Source of the DNA: Anaeramoeba ignava BMAN
Lineage: Eukaryota > Protista > Anaeramoebae
DNA length: 64,000 nucleotides
Assembly (NCBI GenBank): GCA_028826165.1
Contig: JAPDFW010000078.1
Coordinates: 323,351-387,350 of the forward strand
Direction: 5' to 3'
Shown: piece by piece, positions 11,227-23,799 of the stretch
Numbering within the stretch: the stretch's first letter is position 1
Layout: every line of letters starts with the position of its first letter
Made by a program: the position numbers and the translations under genes
Notes under the pieces: model-generated
Seen by the model: only the letters and a program-made list of their open reading frames with translations
Told to the model about the DNA's origin: nothing
The model's database searches: none

Positions 11227-14169
11227 TTAAATTATTTTCTGATTTAAAACTTGTAAATGTTGATGATCACCAAATCTCAAGTTATCAAACCAAAAAACAT
11301 TATACCAATCAACAAGATAATTAATTTTAAAAAATTGGAGAGAATTTCTATAGGCAGAACCAAGACTAAAGGGGTTATGGAAGCGAGAATTTTTAAGAAA
11401 ATGGGAATATCTTCTACGATTGAGCATTTCATTAGTTGTGATATTTTGGATAATGAACCAAGAATGCTGAAGCCAAAGAGCGATGACCCAACCAAGTATC
11501 AAATTATTGAGGATCCAAATGGCGAGAAGCCAGGAATCGTTGAGATAGCAATTATAGAAAAAGAGGAACAAATTGGAAAAAGAGAAGGATTCTGTTTTGT
11601 TGTTTTGAACAAGTGTGTCCAAGACTATAAAAGTGAATATACCGCATGAAACAACAACCGAAACAAGGAAGTAATAGAAGTAGGTGTGATTGTTATGTCC
11701 AACCCCGTTGATTGTCCAAGGGCAGAAATGATCAAATCGCGCAATGCAACGGTTTGTTGTTGAGTCGTGTTTGGAACGCAACGGACGAAATATTCGGCAA
11801 GTTTCGCAGAATTTGTCTTCTAGAAAAACGCTGTCGTATTTTGAATAGATGGAGTTTTTTGTCACCAATTCTTCTGGTTCAAGGCTTGGAGTTTGTAAGA
11901 TTCCTGGATCGCGAGTGATTGATATGTGATAGAAATAGAATAAACAAAAGGAGGAGATTGACAGGATTACTATAGTTATTGGAAATTTTTTGTAAGAATG
12001 TATTTAAGGAATTATGTCAAGAAAAAAAAAATTTTTTTTTTGGGAATTTTTTTTGGCATTTTTTTTTTGATAATCAAAGGATATTTGGTAATACTCGGAA
12101 AAAAAGTGTGGAATAAATTAAAAAAAGAACTGAAAAAGCAATCGAAATTGAAGAAGGATCAACATGAAAATAATTTGCTGATGTTCTCAAATTGGCGATG
12201 AAATTGCGGATCAGAAAAGGAAACAGAAACAGATTCAACAGGAAAGGCAGGTACGCGAAAGAGATGTTCATCGCAAGCAAGAACATGAAAGGGACGAACA
12301 TAAAGAAAGTTTTCATTGGAATAACACCAAATTGTTTTGATCTTGAGACGACTTCATTTTTTTGCAGAAAAACCATTACATCTGCATTTTCCTCATTTCC
12401 ACTTTCCAATGCGCAATCATAAGGGGTAGAATTATAATTATCACGAATAGAAAGATCAGCTAATTTTTGAATTAAATAACCGATGATTTCGCGGTGATCC
12501 AAAAGTGCTCCCCAATGTAGAGGAGTGCAACCATCGGAGTCTTGAAGATTAATATTTGCTCCATTAGAAACGAAGTATCTAAGCACTCTAGTATTCCCCT
12601 TTATAGCAGCCCAATGAGAAGCTGAATTGAAATTTTAAATCAAAAAAAAATTTAGAACTTTTTTTTTTGGATTAGCAAAAAAAAAAATAAAAGAAATGAA
12701 AAATTTACGTGTTCTTGATTCAACATCAAGTTCATCAACTGAAACACCATTGGAAACTAAGCAATGACAAGCAAGAGGATGATTTTCTTGAGCAGCAAGA
12801 TGGATTGCAGAGTATCCTTGTGCATCGTGTTTGAATGGATCAGCCTCGTTCTTGATGAGGAATTGAAGAACGCGAGAAGAGCCTTTAAAAGCAGCAATAT
12901 GAAGTGGAGTTTGTTTTAAAAATCCACTTTCGAAATCGACGATGGCACCTTTTGAGATGAGAAGAGAAGCGCCATCGAGGTCATCAAGAAATGCGCAATA
13001 ATGAAGTGGTGTGAAGCCTTATAATTTACAAAATGAATTTACAAAATGAATTTCAATTTCAATTTCAAAATGAATTTTAATTTTAATTTCAAAATTAATT
13101 TCAATTTCAATTTCAAAATGAATTTCAAAATGAATTTTAATTTTAATTTGAATTTGAATTTGAATTTTAATTTCAATTTCAATTTCAAAATGAATTTTAA
13201 TTTTCAAAATGAATTTTAATTTTATTTCAAAATGAATTTCAATTTTAATTTTAATTTTCAAAATGAATTTTAATTTTAATTTTAATTTCAAAATGAATTT
13301 TAATTTTAATTTTAATTTGAATTTTAATTTCAATTTTAATTTTAATTTTAATTTCAATTTTAATTTCAATTTCAAAATGAATTTTAATTTTAATTTTAAT
13401 TTTAATTTCAAATTCAAAATGAATTTCAATTTCAATTTTAATTTTAATTTCAAATTCAAAATGAATTTCAATTTCAATTTTAATTTTAGTTTCAATTTCA
13501 AAATGAATTTCAAAATGAATTTTAATTTTAATTTTAATTTGAATTTTAATTTCAAAATGAATTTCAAAATGAATTTGAATTTTAATTTTAATTTCAAATT
13601 CAAAATGAATTTCAATTTTAATTTCAATTTTAATTTCAATTTCAAAATGAATTTTAATTTCAAAATGAATTTTAATTTCAAAATTAATTCCAAAATGAAT
13701 TTTAATTTCAAAATGAATTTTAATTTCAAAATGAATTTCAAAATGAATTTTAATTTCAAAATGAATTTTAATTTCAAAATGAATTTTAATTTCAATTTCA
13801 ATTTTAATTTCAATTTCGAAATGAATTTTAATTTCAAAATGAATTTCAATTTTAATTTCAATTTTAATTTTAGTTTTAATTTTAATTTTAATTTTAATTT
13901 TAATTTTAATTTCAATTTCAATTTCAATTTTAATTTGAATTTCAAAATGAATTTTAATTTTAATTTTAATTTCAAAATGAATTTTAATTTCAAAATGAAT
14001 TTTAATTCCAAAATGAATTCCAACCATCTTTATCTTGTTCATTCGGATTTTGTCCTTTTTCTAAAATTTGAATAAGTGTTTGTGTATCTTTTTTTATTAT
14101 TATTGAGAAAATATCCGATTGAATATTTTCATTTTTTTCAATATTTTCATTATCACTTAAATTAAACAT
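11227..14169 (-). CDS. Ankyrin-repeat DHHC palmitoyltransferase (AKR1 / ZDHHC13/17-like), ~587 aa; exons 14169-14025, 13017-12709, 12621-12085, 11999-11227
   Basis: N-terminal ankyrin repeats (GFTPLHYCAF, KQTPLHIAAFKG, GYSAIHLAAQE, RTPSHWAAIKG, GCTPLHWGA), TM segments, DPG motif, CETCRIFRPLRSKHD...CIARFDHFCPWTINGVGHNNH and TTNE motif. The spliced CDS is 1764 nt and in frame. Confidence 0.93.
12000..12084 (-). other. U12-type (minor spliceosome) AT-AC intron, 85 nt
   Basis: 5' end ATATCCTTTG and 3' end ...TTCTTGACATAATTCCTTAAATAC. Removing it joins ...FRVLP-N-SYKKFP...DPG in frame; unspliced, the frame stops within 3 codons. Confidence 0.88.
13030..14020. repeat. Intronic hexamer/18-mer microsatellite (AAATTA, AAATTG, AAATTCATTTTG on the sense strand) in DHHC intron 1
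   Basis: Directly visible. It produces the KLKL/NFNF/IHFE ORFs. Confidence 0.92.
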
Positions 14170-14273
14170 AATTTTGTTTTATTTTTGTTTTAAAAAAAGA
14201 AAGAAAAAAAAAATGAAAAAAATTTTTTTTAATTTTTCAATTTATTTTTTCATTTTTTTTTCACTTTCTTTTA

Positions 14274-17200
14274 ATGTCAATTAAATTCCAAAAACAATTT
14301 TGTGCTATTGAAAAACCAATTCAACATACTTTTTTAATTGTTTGTGAAGTTGAAAATGAAAATATTGAAGTTATTTGCATTTTTTCATCAAAAGAATTTT
14401 CGAAGTTTTTAGAAGAAAATGAAAAAGAATTGGAAGAAAAAATACAGAAAATATTTTTAACGGAAAAAACAAAAACCAATAAGAAACAAAAGGAAGGGTT
14501 TTTATATTTAAGAGAAGAGAATTGGCGAAGTGTTTTTGCAACAAAAAAGTTAAAAGAGCTTAAAAAAGCAGAATTTATTGAAAAAATAGAAAGAAATATT
14601 CCTAAGAACTTTAAGAATGAAACAAATGCTCCGAATTTAATTGATTTTTTGGGTGAAGAAGTTTCTCCAAATGAAATGTTTTTTAATTTGATGTTAAAAG
14701 AAGTTGTTCTTGAAGACGAGTTTAAATTTTCTGTTGATGTTTCGGAGGTTACTGGAAAAGAGATTATTGGTTCTGTTCCTGGTGTTTTATTTTTGAAATC
14801 TGGTGATTTGTATTTATCAATCAAAGATGAGAATTGGGCGCATTTTTATTGGGATATAGAGATATTTGATGTAATTGAGAAGAACAGAATTTAACTTACA
14901 ATTTAAAATTAAAATCAATAATTAAAATTTAAAATCAAAATTTGAAATTAAAATCAATAATTAATAATTAAATTTGAAATTAAATATAAATCAAAATCAA
15001 TAATTAAATTTAAAATCAATAATTAAATTTAAAATTAAATATAAATCTAAATATAAATCTAAATCAAAATCTAAATCTAAATCTAAATTAAAATCTAAAT
15101 ATAAATATAAATCTAAATCAAAATATAAATATAAATATAAATATAAATATAAATATAAATTAAAATCAAAATTAAAATCAAAATTAAAATCAAAATTAAA
15201 ATCAAAATTAAATATAAATCTAAATCTAAATCTAAATTAAAATCAAAATTAAAATCAAAATTAAAATCAAAATCAAAATCAAAATCAAAATCTAAATATA
15301 AATCTAAATCTATGCAAATCTAAATCTAAATCTAAATCTAAATCTAAATTAAAATATAAATATAAATCAAAATCTAAATCAAAATCAAAATCAAAATCTA
15401 AATTAAAATCAAAATTAAAATCAAAATTAAAATCAAAATTAAAATCAAAATTAAAATCAAAATTAAAATCAAAATTAAAATATAAATCTAAATCTAAAAT
15501 CAAAAATATAAATCAAAATTAAAATCAAAATTAAAATCAAAATCAAAATCAAAATCAAAATCAAAATCAAAATCAAAATCAAAATCTAAATCAAAAATAA
15601 AAATCAAAATAAAAAATCTAAATATAAATCTAAATCAAAATCTAAATATAAATCTAAATCAAAAAAAATCTAAATCTAAAATAAATCAAAATCTAAAATA
15701 TAAATCAAAAATCTAAATATAAATCAAATCAAATCAAAAATCTAAATCTAAATATAAATATAAATATAAATATAAATATAAATATAAATATAAATATAAA
15801 TATAAATATAAATATAAATATAAATAAAATCAAAATATAAATAAAATATAAATATAAATATAAATATAAATATAAATCAAAAATCAAAATCAAAAATCAA
15901 AATCAAAATCAAAATATAAAAATATAAAATCAAAATCAAAATCTAAATCAAAATCTAAATCAAAATCAAAATCAAAATCAAAATCAAAATATAAATCAAA
16001 ATCAAAATCAAAATCAAAATCAAAATCTAAATATAAATCTAAATCAAAATCAAAATCAAAATCAAAATCAAAATCAAAATCAAAATCAAAATCTAAATCT
16101 AAATATAAATATAAATCTAAATCTAAATCTAAATCTAAATATAAATCAAAATCAAAATCTAAATCTAAATAAAATATAAATATAAATATAAATCAATTTT
16201 AAATATAAAATCAATATAAAAATATAAAATAAAAATATAAATAAATTTATAATCAAAATCAAAATCTAAATCTAAATCTAAATCAAAATCTAAATCAAAA
16301 TATAAATATAAATATAAATCAATTTATAAAATCAAAAACAAAATCTAAATCTAAATCTAAATCTAAATCTAAATCTAAATCTAAATATAAATCTAAATCA
16401 AAATCAAAATCAAAATCAAAATCAAAATCAAAATCAAAATCAAAATCTAAATCTAAATCTAAATCTAAATCTAAATCAAAATCTAAATCTAAATCAAAAT
16501 CTAAATCAAAATCTAAATATAAATCTAAATCAAAATCAAAATCAAAATCAAAATCAAAATCAAAATCAAAATCAAAATTCAAAATCAAAAATCTAAATAT
16601 AAATATAAATCTAAATTCAAAATCAAAAATCAAAAATCTAAATTAAAAAATCAAAATCAAAATATAAATAAAATCAAAATCAAAATCAAAATCAAAATCT
16701 AAATATAAATATAAATATAAATATAAATAAAAATCAAAATCTAAATCTAAAATCTAAATATAAATATAAATCAAAATCAAAATCTAAATCAAAATCAAAA
16801 TCAAAATCAAAATCAAAATCAAAATCAAAATCAAAATCAAAATCAAAATCAAAATCAAAATCAAAATCAAAATTAAAATTAAAATCAAAATATAAATAAA
16901 TCAAAATATAAATCAATTTTAAAATTAAAATCAATTTATAAAATCTAAAAAATCAAAATCAAAATCTAAATCTAAATATAAATATAAATATAAATCAATT
17001 TATAAAATAAAAATCAAAATATAAATCAATTTATAAAATATAAATAAATTTATAATCAAAATCAATTTATATAAAATTTAAGATGGATGAAAAGGAACAA
17101 GGAGTCTTATACCATATAGAATGGAACAACCAAACAAAATGGAAAGTTTTTTTCCAAAACCAAATTTTAGCAGGAGTCGCAAACTCAATCACAACCATCC

Positions 17201-19629
17201 GCCAAAAACAATCCGAAAATTTCAAAACAGAATTATCCTCCCCAGAAATCCCCAACCACAAAATCGAGTTCGACAAAATGGATCTGGGAGACTTCATTGA
17301 CATCAAGGATTCAAATATGGAAAACATGCTGAACACATACACAGAAGAGTTTCCAGAAGAAATCGAAATTGCGCCGGAATGGAAGCGACTTGTGCAGAAC
17401 TATTTCATCCGACAGCACGCAGACTTCGACGTTGAATGCCAGTCAAAAATCACGAACGGAAACGCGATCCTCGAGCTGAACGCACACACATTCTGCATAT
17501 CGATAGTGGGTGTGTACACAGCAACATGGAGATACGGGGGAAAGGATCGAGCGCGGATGCAGATTTCACGGAAAAACCCAAGAGAACTGCAGCTGGACGC
17601 GGAGCGCGGGATGGTTTTCGGGCTGACCACAAAGAAGCCCAGCGAGTCGTATGTGATGATGAAAACCTTCGAGATGTTCATGGGGTTTCATGGAAGATTT
17701 CCAGAAGCACATAGAATAAAGGGGGATATTTTGGGAATAAAGGAAGAAGTAGTTGCGATTGCATACCGCAGCTGGGCACTGGGGTCTGCCGTGTTCCACT
17801 GCACAACAGTCCCAAGCGTGACAGAGAATATCTTGGTCACACTCCGCATGGACAAGACGTATTTGGCGGTGCTTTCAAAAGACCATCCGCCGCTGTATTT
17901 TGTGTGGAATGAAGGATGCATAAGTTACAAAAAACACCCCCAAAATGAAAAATTTTTCACCATTTCCATAAATACGGTTTCTGTGAATAAAGCGCTGTTT
18001 CTGCTTGCTGGAGACAGGGTGCATCGGGACTTGATCTGCACAACGCTGGATATCTTCTCGAAATCGCGGCTGTCAACCTCCTTTACAACGCTTATCAGTA
18101 GTCCTCACACTTCGCGCTCGCAGACATCGTTCAAAACAGTGGATCTCCAAGACAACCCGCGACAACAGAAATCCAAACTTGCGCTTTCTCTGGATAACGT
18201 GTCTTCGCTTGCGTCTGCGCGGATTCTCGTCGATCCTGTGCTCCACCGTTGGGACACGTTCGGAGAGCACTTCACATCGCCTTTGCTCAAGGAAAACTTC
18301 GCCATTATGCCGCCAGCCAAAAAACCCCGTCCCCAACAGCTCCAAACAACATACAACTATGTGCCGTATTACGAGCAGGACAGATACGAGGACGCGCACC
18401 ATCCTGTGGCTTCCTTCCGCGCACAAATAACCTCAACACTCGACAAAAATCTTGGAACCGTTATCGTTCTCCTTTTTGAGGACCACTTCGCAGTCGCCGC
18501 TGAAGACGACAAGATCATCCGCTTCTTTTCTCCCTTTGCTCGCGTCTTCATAGACAAGAACAATTCGCGCAAATGCAGGCTCGTTCTCGACGAGATCTGG
18601 TACGTTGTGCTTGTTTTTGAGACTGAGAAAAAGGTCAAGAAATTCGCATCACTTCTCCACTCGTTCAAGGAAAGCTACATCTTCGCCGATCTCGACGTGG
18701 CCCAACGACCACAAGCAACGCGAGCAAGTTGCAACTTCCTCACCTTCAACGAAAGCGTAGCTGGAGAGGTTGTGTTGCACTACGACCACTTCGAGATCAA
18801 CACAACCCTCGATTCATTCACAGAAATGTACCGAATCGACCACCAAATCTCCCGCCACCCCACAATCAGCCTCGCTCTCGAACTCTCCCTCCGTCCAGGC
18901 GCCACTCTGACAATGTGCTTCCCTTACGCCTCCCACGCTCAGCTCTTCAAACAGGTTTTCATGGACAACCGTTTCCGTTTACTTTCCCAAACAGTCGGCA
19001 AAAAACCGCCGGCAGAATTCCCAGTTGTTCTCCAAAATTTGCCGGACAGAACAGACGTTATAAAGTCCCGAATTGTCGTCTCTCAATCCCGTCTTAGTCT
19101 TTGGCACGACACAAATATTCTCGAGGTCTACCGTTGCGCAGACTGCGTAATCTTCGATAACTACGGTCTAGAAATCAAGATCCAACTTCCCTCCTTCGCT
19201 GCCTATCTCGCAACTTTCAACAACAAAAATGCAAAATCCTCCTTCGTTTCCCGCGCAAAATCCTCGGGCATCGGTCTCTACTTCAAACCAGACGCCTCTC
19301 ACTTCCGCATAGTAAAAGTAGACTCCAAAAAATCAGAAGAACAAGGCACTCTTTCATTCGATGAGAAAATGATCACACTCATCATCCTCGGCAAACCTTT
19401 CTCAAACCGCATCATCGAGACAGAGCTCTTTGTTCATCCTGCAAATCCTCGTCTTCTCCAAGTCCTCTTTATTGGCAAGGAATCCTTCGTTATCTTTTTC
19501 AAAAACAACGATAGCAAACTAAGAATGATCCAAAACTTTTCTGCTACAAAACTTAAATTGATGAAACAATTCGAGAAGAAGGTTGGTTTTGAAGAATTTG
19601 CTATTGAAGATCCTGATTTTAAAAATTAA
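14274..19629 (+). CDS. Large protein (~1047 aa) with about six or more tandem PH-like beta-rich modules; exons 14274-14870 and 17083-19629
   Basis: GTAATT donor at 14871 and TAAG acceptor at 17082 join IEIFD to MDEKEQ in phase 0 across a repeat-filled 2.2-kb intron. Repeated pattern G-x-L-x-L...F-x-I...I-x-x-H-P...L-x-L...L-x-F...helix (e.g. LVFETEKKVKKFASLL, LLAGDRVHRDLICTTLDIF). The PH assignment is inference. Confidence 0.75.
14900..17070. repeat. Intronic (AAATCA/AAATCT/AAATAT)n hexamer microsatellite
   Basis: Directly visible. It produces the minus-strand DFDF/DLDL ORFs. Confidence 0.93.
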
Positions 19630-19806
19630 ATTAAAAAATTTTTTGGATTGCTTTAATGATTTCTTGTTTTTGAATCAATCCAAAAGAAAAAGTGAAAAAA
19701 AAAAAAAAAGAATAAATGCGAATTTCTTTTTGGTTTTCTTGAAAAATTAAAATTAAAATTAAAATTAAAATTAAAATTTGATTTTGAATTTGATTTTGAT
19801 TTAAAA

Positions 19807-22732
19807 TTATTGATTCAACTGAGATTGAATAGCTTCATATAGTACTTCCCAATCAGATGTTCGATCAAATATTTTCAAAACGAAACTATTTGGAACAGAA
19901 ATTGTCAAAACATTTCTTTGATTCACAAACTCATGCCCAATTTTCAGATCTTTTGTAATTTGAACTCGAAGAATTTGCTGCTTGCTTTTGTAAACACTCA
20001 AAATCTCAGAATCAGTATAAATAAGTGCCTTCGCATCAATCTCGGTAACAGGGCTCGTCCGACTAAACAACCTCAAATTGATTTTCTTAATCAACTGCTT
20101 CTGCTTTTCTTGCATTTCCTCGATCTGCTTCGTAGTAATAGTAACTGTTGTTGTCAAATTCCGACTCAACAATCGAGAAATTTGTATCGTTTTTTCTGGT
20201 TGCAAAAATTCTTTTTCTGAAGTTTGGTATGTAAACTCTTGTATCATATCATGATTCCAGATGAAATTTGGCTATTTTTTTATTTTTATTTATATTTATA
20301 TTTTTTTTATTTATATTTATATTTTTGATATTTATATTTACATGCTTGTGAATTAATTTAAAATAGAAGAAAATATTCAGAATAAGATTAACTTCTTCAA
20401 TTTTTTTTGGTGATAGAATGATTCTTTGCGGTTTTGTTTTCTCCTAAAAAAAAGAAAAAAAATTTATAAGAAAAAAAATTTATAAGAAAAAAATTTGAAA
20501 TTACATGAACTTCCAAAAGAATATATGCATTGTTTTGCTTATTAATAAGCATAGAAGAGGTTTCATATTTAAAAAACAAATCAACCTCGCCATCATTCAG
20601 CTTAATAAAACTATCAGTAAGAGTCAAAGCTCCATGTCGATGCTCAGCAAAAATCAACACATGAGTTTTAAAGAATCGCGAAGCAATCACAGAATTCAAA
20701 ACTTGCTCAATCTTTTCCCGAGTTGGATGTTGCACTTGATTCACGTTTTGGAACAAGTCCATGTTCAAATTCAGCTGCATATCCCCGTTCTCATGTGATA
20801 GGATACGAAGCACAGATGCTGTGTTAGGAAGTTTGCAATGTAATGATACTAATGATAATAGGAAATCCCGTGTTTGTGTACTTGTGCATTCAAACTCACA
20901 AAAATCTTGGTTTGTTGGATGAATCCGCATTCTTCTCGGATTCATAACATTTCGATAAAGCTTTTTTTTATTTTAAAAAAAATTATTTGATTTAATTTAT
21001 TTTTTAACTTGAAAGATTCTTTTTCTTTTTCTTTTTCTTTTTTCTTACCATCCAATTAAATGAAAATTGGAATTCTATTGGTTTGTTACTATCTGTATAA
21101 ACAATCTGCATTGATTTTTGATCCAATTTGATTGTAACATGGAAAATTGCATCATTTTCAACTAATATAATTGGATATTCAGATTCTTTTTGTGTCCATT
21201 GATAAATCACCATCGAAAACAAGAAATCAGATTCTTTATAATTTTAATTTTCAAAATGAATTTTAATTTTCAAAATGAATTTTAATTTTATAAAAGAATT
21301 TTAATTTTATAAAAGAATTTTAATTTTATAAAAGAATTTTATAAATGAATTTTAATTTTTAATTTTAATTTCAAAATGAATTTTAATTTTATAAAAGAAT
21401 TTTAATTTTAATTTTAATTTTAATTTTAATTTTAATTTTAATTTTAATTTTAATTTTAATTTTAATTTTAATTTTAATTTTAATTTTGATTTTAATTTTA
21501 ATTTTCATTTTGAAATGAATTTAAATTATAATTTTAATTTTAATTTTAATTTTGATTTTAATTTTAATTTTAATTTTAATTTTAATTTTAATTTTAATTT
21601 TAATTTTAATATTAATATTAATTTTAATTTTAAATTACCTGAAAGTAAAGTCGGAAATTTAATTTCATCAAAATGTTGTAGTTTTTGATTAGCAATATTA
21701 CAAGCTGTTATAATTTGGAAAAATTCAAAAATTAAATCTCGATTTCTGGGTGTTAGGAAATTCAATTTTTGTCCAAGATTTGTTGAACTTTTGATAAAAA
21801 GAATCGAATTATCTTCTTTTTGAGCTACAAAATCTTCTTTATGATATCCAAATTTGAAATTTGATTTTGATTTTGAAATGATTTTGAATTTGTTTCGTGA
21901 AAAAACAATTTGTGCATCAATCCAATCATTTCCACTCAAAATTTTACACTTTTTTTTATAATTTTAATTTTAATTTTAATTTTAATTTAAATTTTAATTT
22001 TAATTTTAATATTAATTTTAATTTCAATATTAATTTTCATATTAATTTTAATTTCAATATTAATTTTCATTTTAATTTTAATTTTAATTTTAATTTTAAT
22101 TTTAATTTTGATTTTAATTTTATAAATGAGTTTTAATTTTAAAATGAATTTTAATTTTAAATGGAATTTTAATTTTAATTTTAATTTTAATTTTAATTTT
22201 AATTTTAATTTTAATTTTAATTTTAATTTTAATTTTAATTTTAATTTTAATTTTAATTTTAATTTTAATTTTAATTTTAATTTTCAAAATGAATTTTAAT
22301 TTTAAAATGAATTTTAATTTTATAAATGAATTTTAATTTTAATTTTAATTTTAATTTTAATTTTATAAATGAATTTTAATTTTGATTTTAATTAATTTTA
22401 ATTATTTTAATTTATGTTTTAATTTTATAAATGAATTTTAATTAATTTTCATTTTAAAATGAATTTAAATTTTAATTGGAATTTTATATTTTGTTTGCAA
22501 AATAAAGTTCCAAAAAAAAAACTATTAAAAAAAAATTAAAAAAAAAATAATAATTAAAATTTACATTCGCAAACCATTTAGAAAGTAATAATAATCGATG
22601 AAGAGTTGAAATAAACTTTTGGTTTCCAGTTTTATCAGATTGAGATCTTTGGAATGACATTAAACCATATAAAATATGTGAAACATGATTACTTCTTTCT
22701 GTAAATTCAAAAGGATCGAAAGTTTGATCCAT
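19807..22732 (-). CDS. PH-like repeat protein (~561 aa); exons 22732-22565, 21948-21639, 21233-21049, 20960-20505, 20443-20342, 20271-19807
   Basis: Five GT-AG introns link the ORF fragments in frame (1686 nt). Repeated modules end in LNFLTPRNRDLIFEFF, FECTSTQTRDFLLSL and ILSPKKIEEVNLILNIF, similar in pattern to the neighbouring gene. Confidence 0.75.
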
Positions 22733-23199
22733 TTTATTAAGAATTTTAATTCAAAATTTTGTGTAAAAAAAAAAAGGAGTGTGAAAAAGAAATTAATTCA
22801 AATAAAAGAAGCAAAAGGAAAAAAATGAAAAAAAAAAATTTAAAAAAAAAAATTAAAATTAAAATTTAAATTTTTAAAAGGAAAAAAAAATTATTTTTAT
22901 TAAATTAACGTTTCTTGTTTGGGGGTTTTTTATTTAAAAAATTTATTTTTCTTTTTCTTTTTTTTTTCTTTTTATTATTTCTAAAAATTTTTTATTATAA
23001 ATTTCTTCAAATCTAAAACTTGAAATTAAAATTTTAATACCAAAAAAAAAGAGAAAACAAATTAAACTTCTTCTTTTAATGTACAAAAATGAAGGATAGC
23101 TATTTTAATTATCTTCTTGTTCTTATTACAAAAAAATTCTAAAAGAAAAGAATTAAAAATTTTTCATTCAATTTTTTCAACATCAAATTTGAAACAAAA

Positions 23200-23730
23200 A
23201 AAGCAAATTCATAAAAATTCTTTTAAATCAATACAATTAATTTATTTCTAAATTTAAAACTGGAATTAATTCAATTCAATTCCCACAAAAATTCTTTTCT
23301 CTTAAATCAATACAATTAATTTATTTATTTCGGAATTTAAAACAGGAATTAATTCAATTTCCTAAATCATTTCTCATAGAAATCCTGTTCTCTTAAATAA
23401 ATACAATTAATTAATAAATTTTGGAATTTCAAATGTGAATTAATTCAATTCATTTTCCCACAAAAATTCTTTTCTCTTAAATCAATATAATTAATAATTC
23501 AAATGTGAAAACAAAAAGGAAAAATGAAATTTGATTTCCTAAATCATTTCTGATAAAAATTCTTTTCTCTTAAATCAATACAATTAATTCATTTTGGGAT
23601 TTAAAACAGGAATTAATTCAATTCAATTCAATTTCCTAAATCATTTCCCACAAAAATTCTTTTCTCTTAAATCAATATAATTAATAATTTAGATGTGAAA
23701 ACAAAAAGGAAAAATGAAATTTGATTTCTA
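23200..23730. repeat. Short imperfect tandem duplications (core aaaattcttttctcttaaatcaatacaattaat, ~6 copies)
   Basis: The core recurs at ~23215, 23290, 23385, 23465, 23560 and 23655. Confidence 0.7.
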
Positions 23731-23799
23731 AAAAACTCTTCAAAAAAAAATGGAAAAATGAAAAATGGAGGAATTGGAATTATCTATCAAATAGCAAGA

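Noticed and set aside
13019-14075. Three overlapping 263-334 aa ORFs (KLKL, IHFE, NFNF)
   Set aside because: They lie inside DHHC intron 1, which has clear splice sites, and are repeat artefacts.
15285-16934. Minus-strand DFDL ORFs
   Set aside because: Hexamer repeat inside the PH-gene intron.
17400-19097. Many short overlapping ORFs on both strands
   Set aside because: Shadow ORFs of the relatively GC-rich 848-codon exon.
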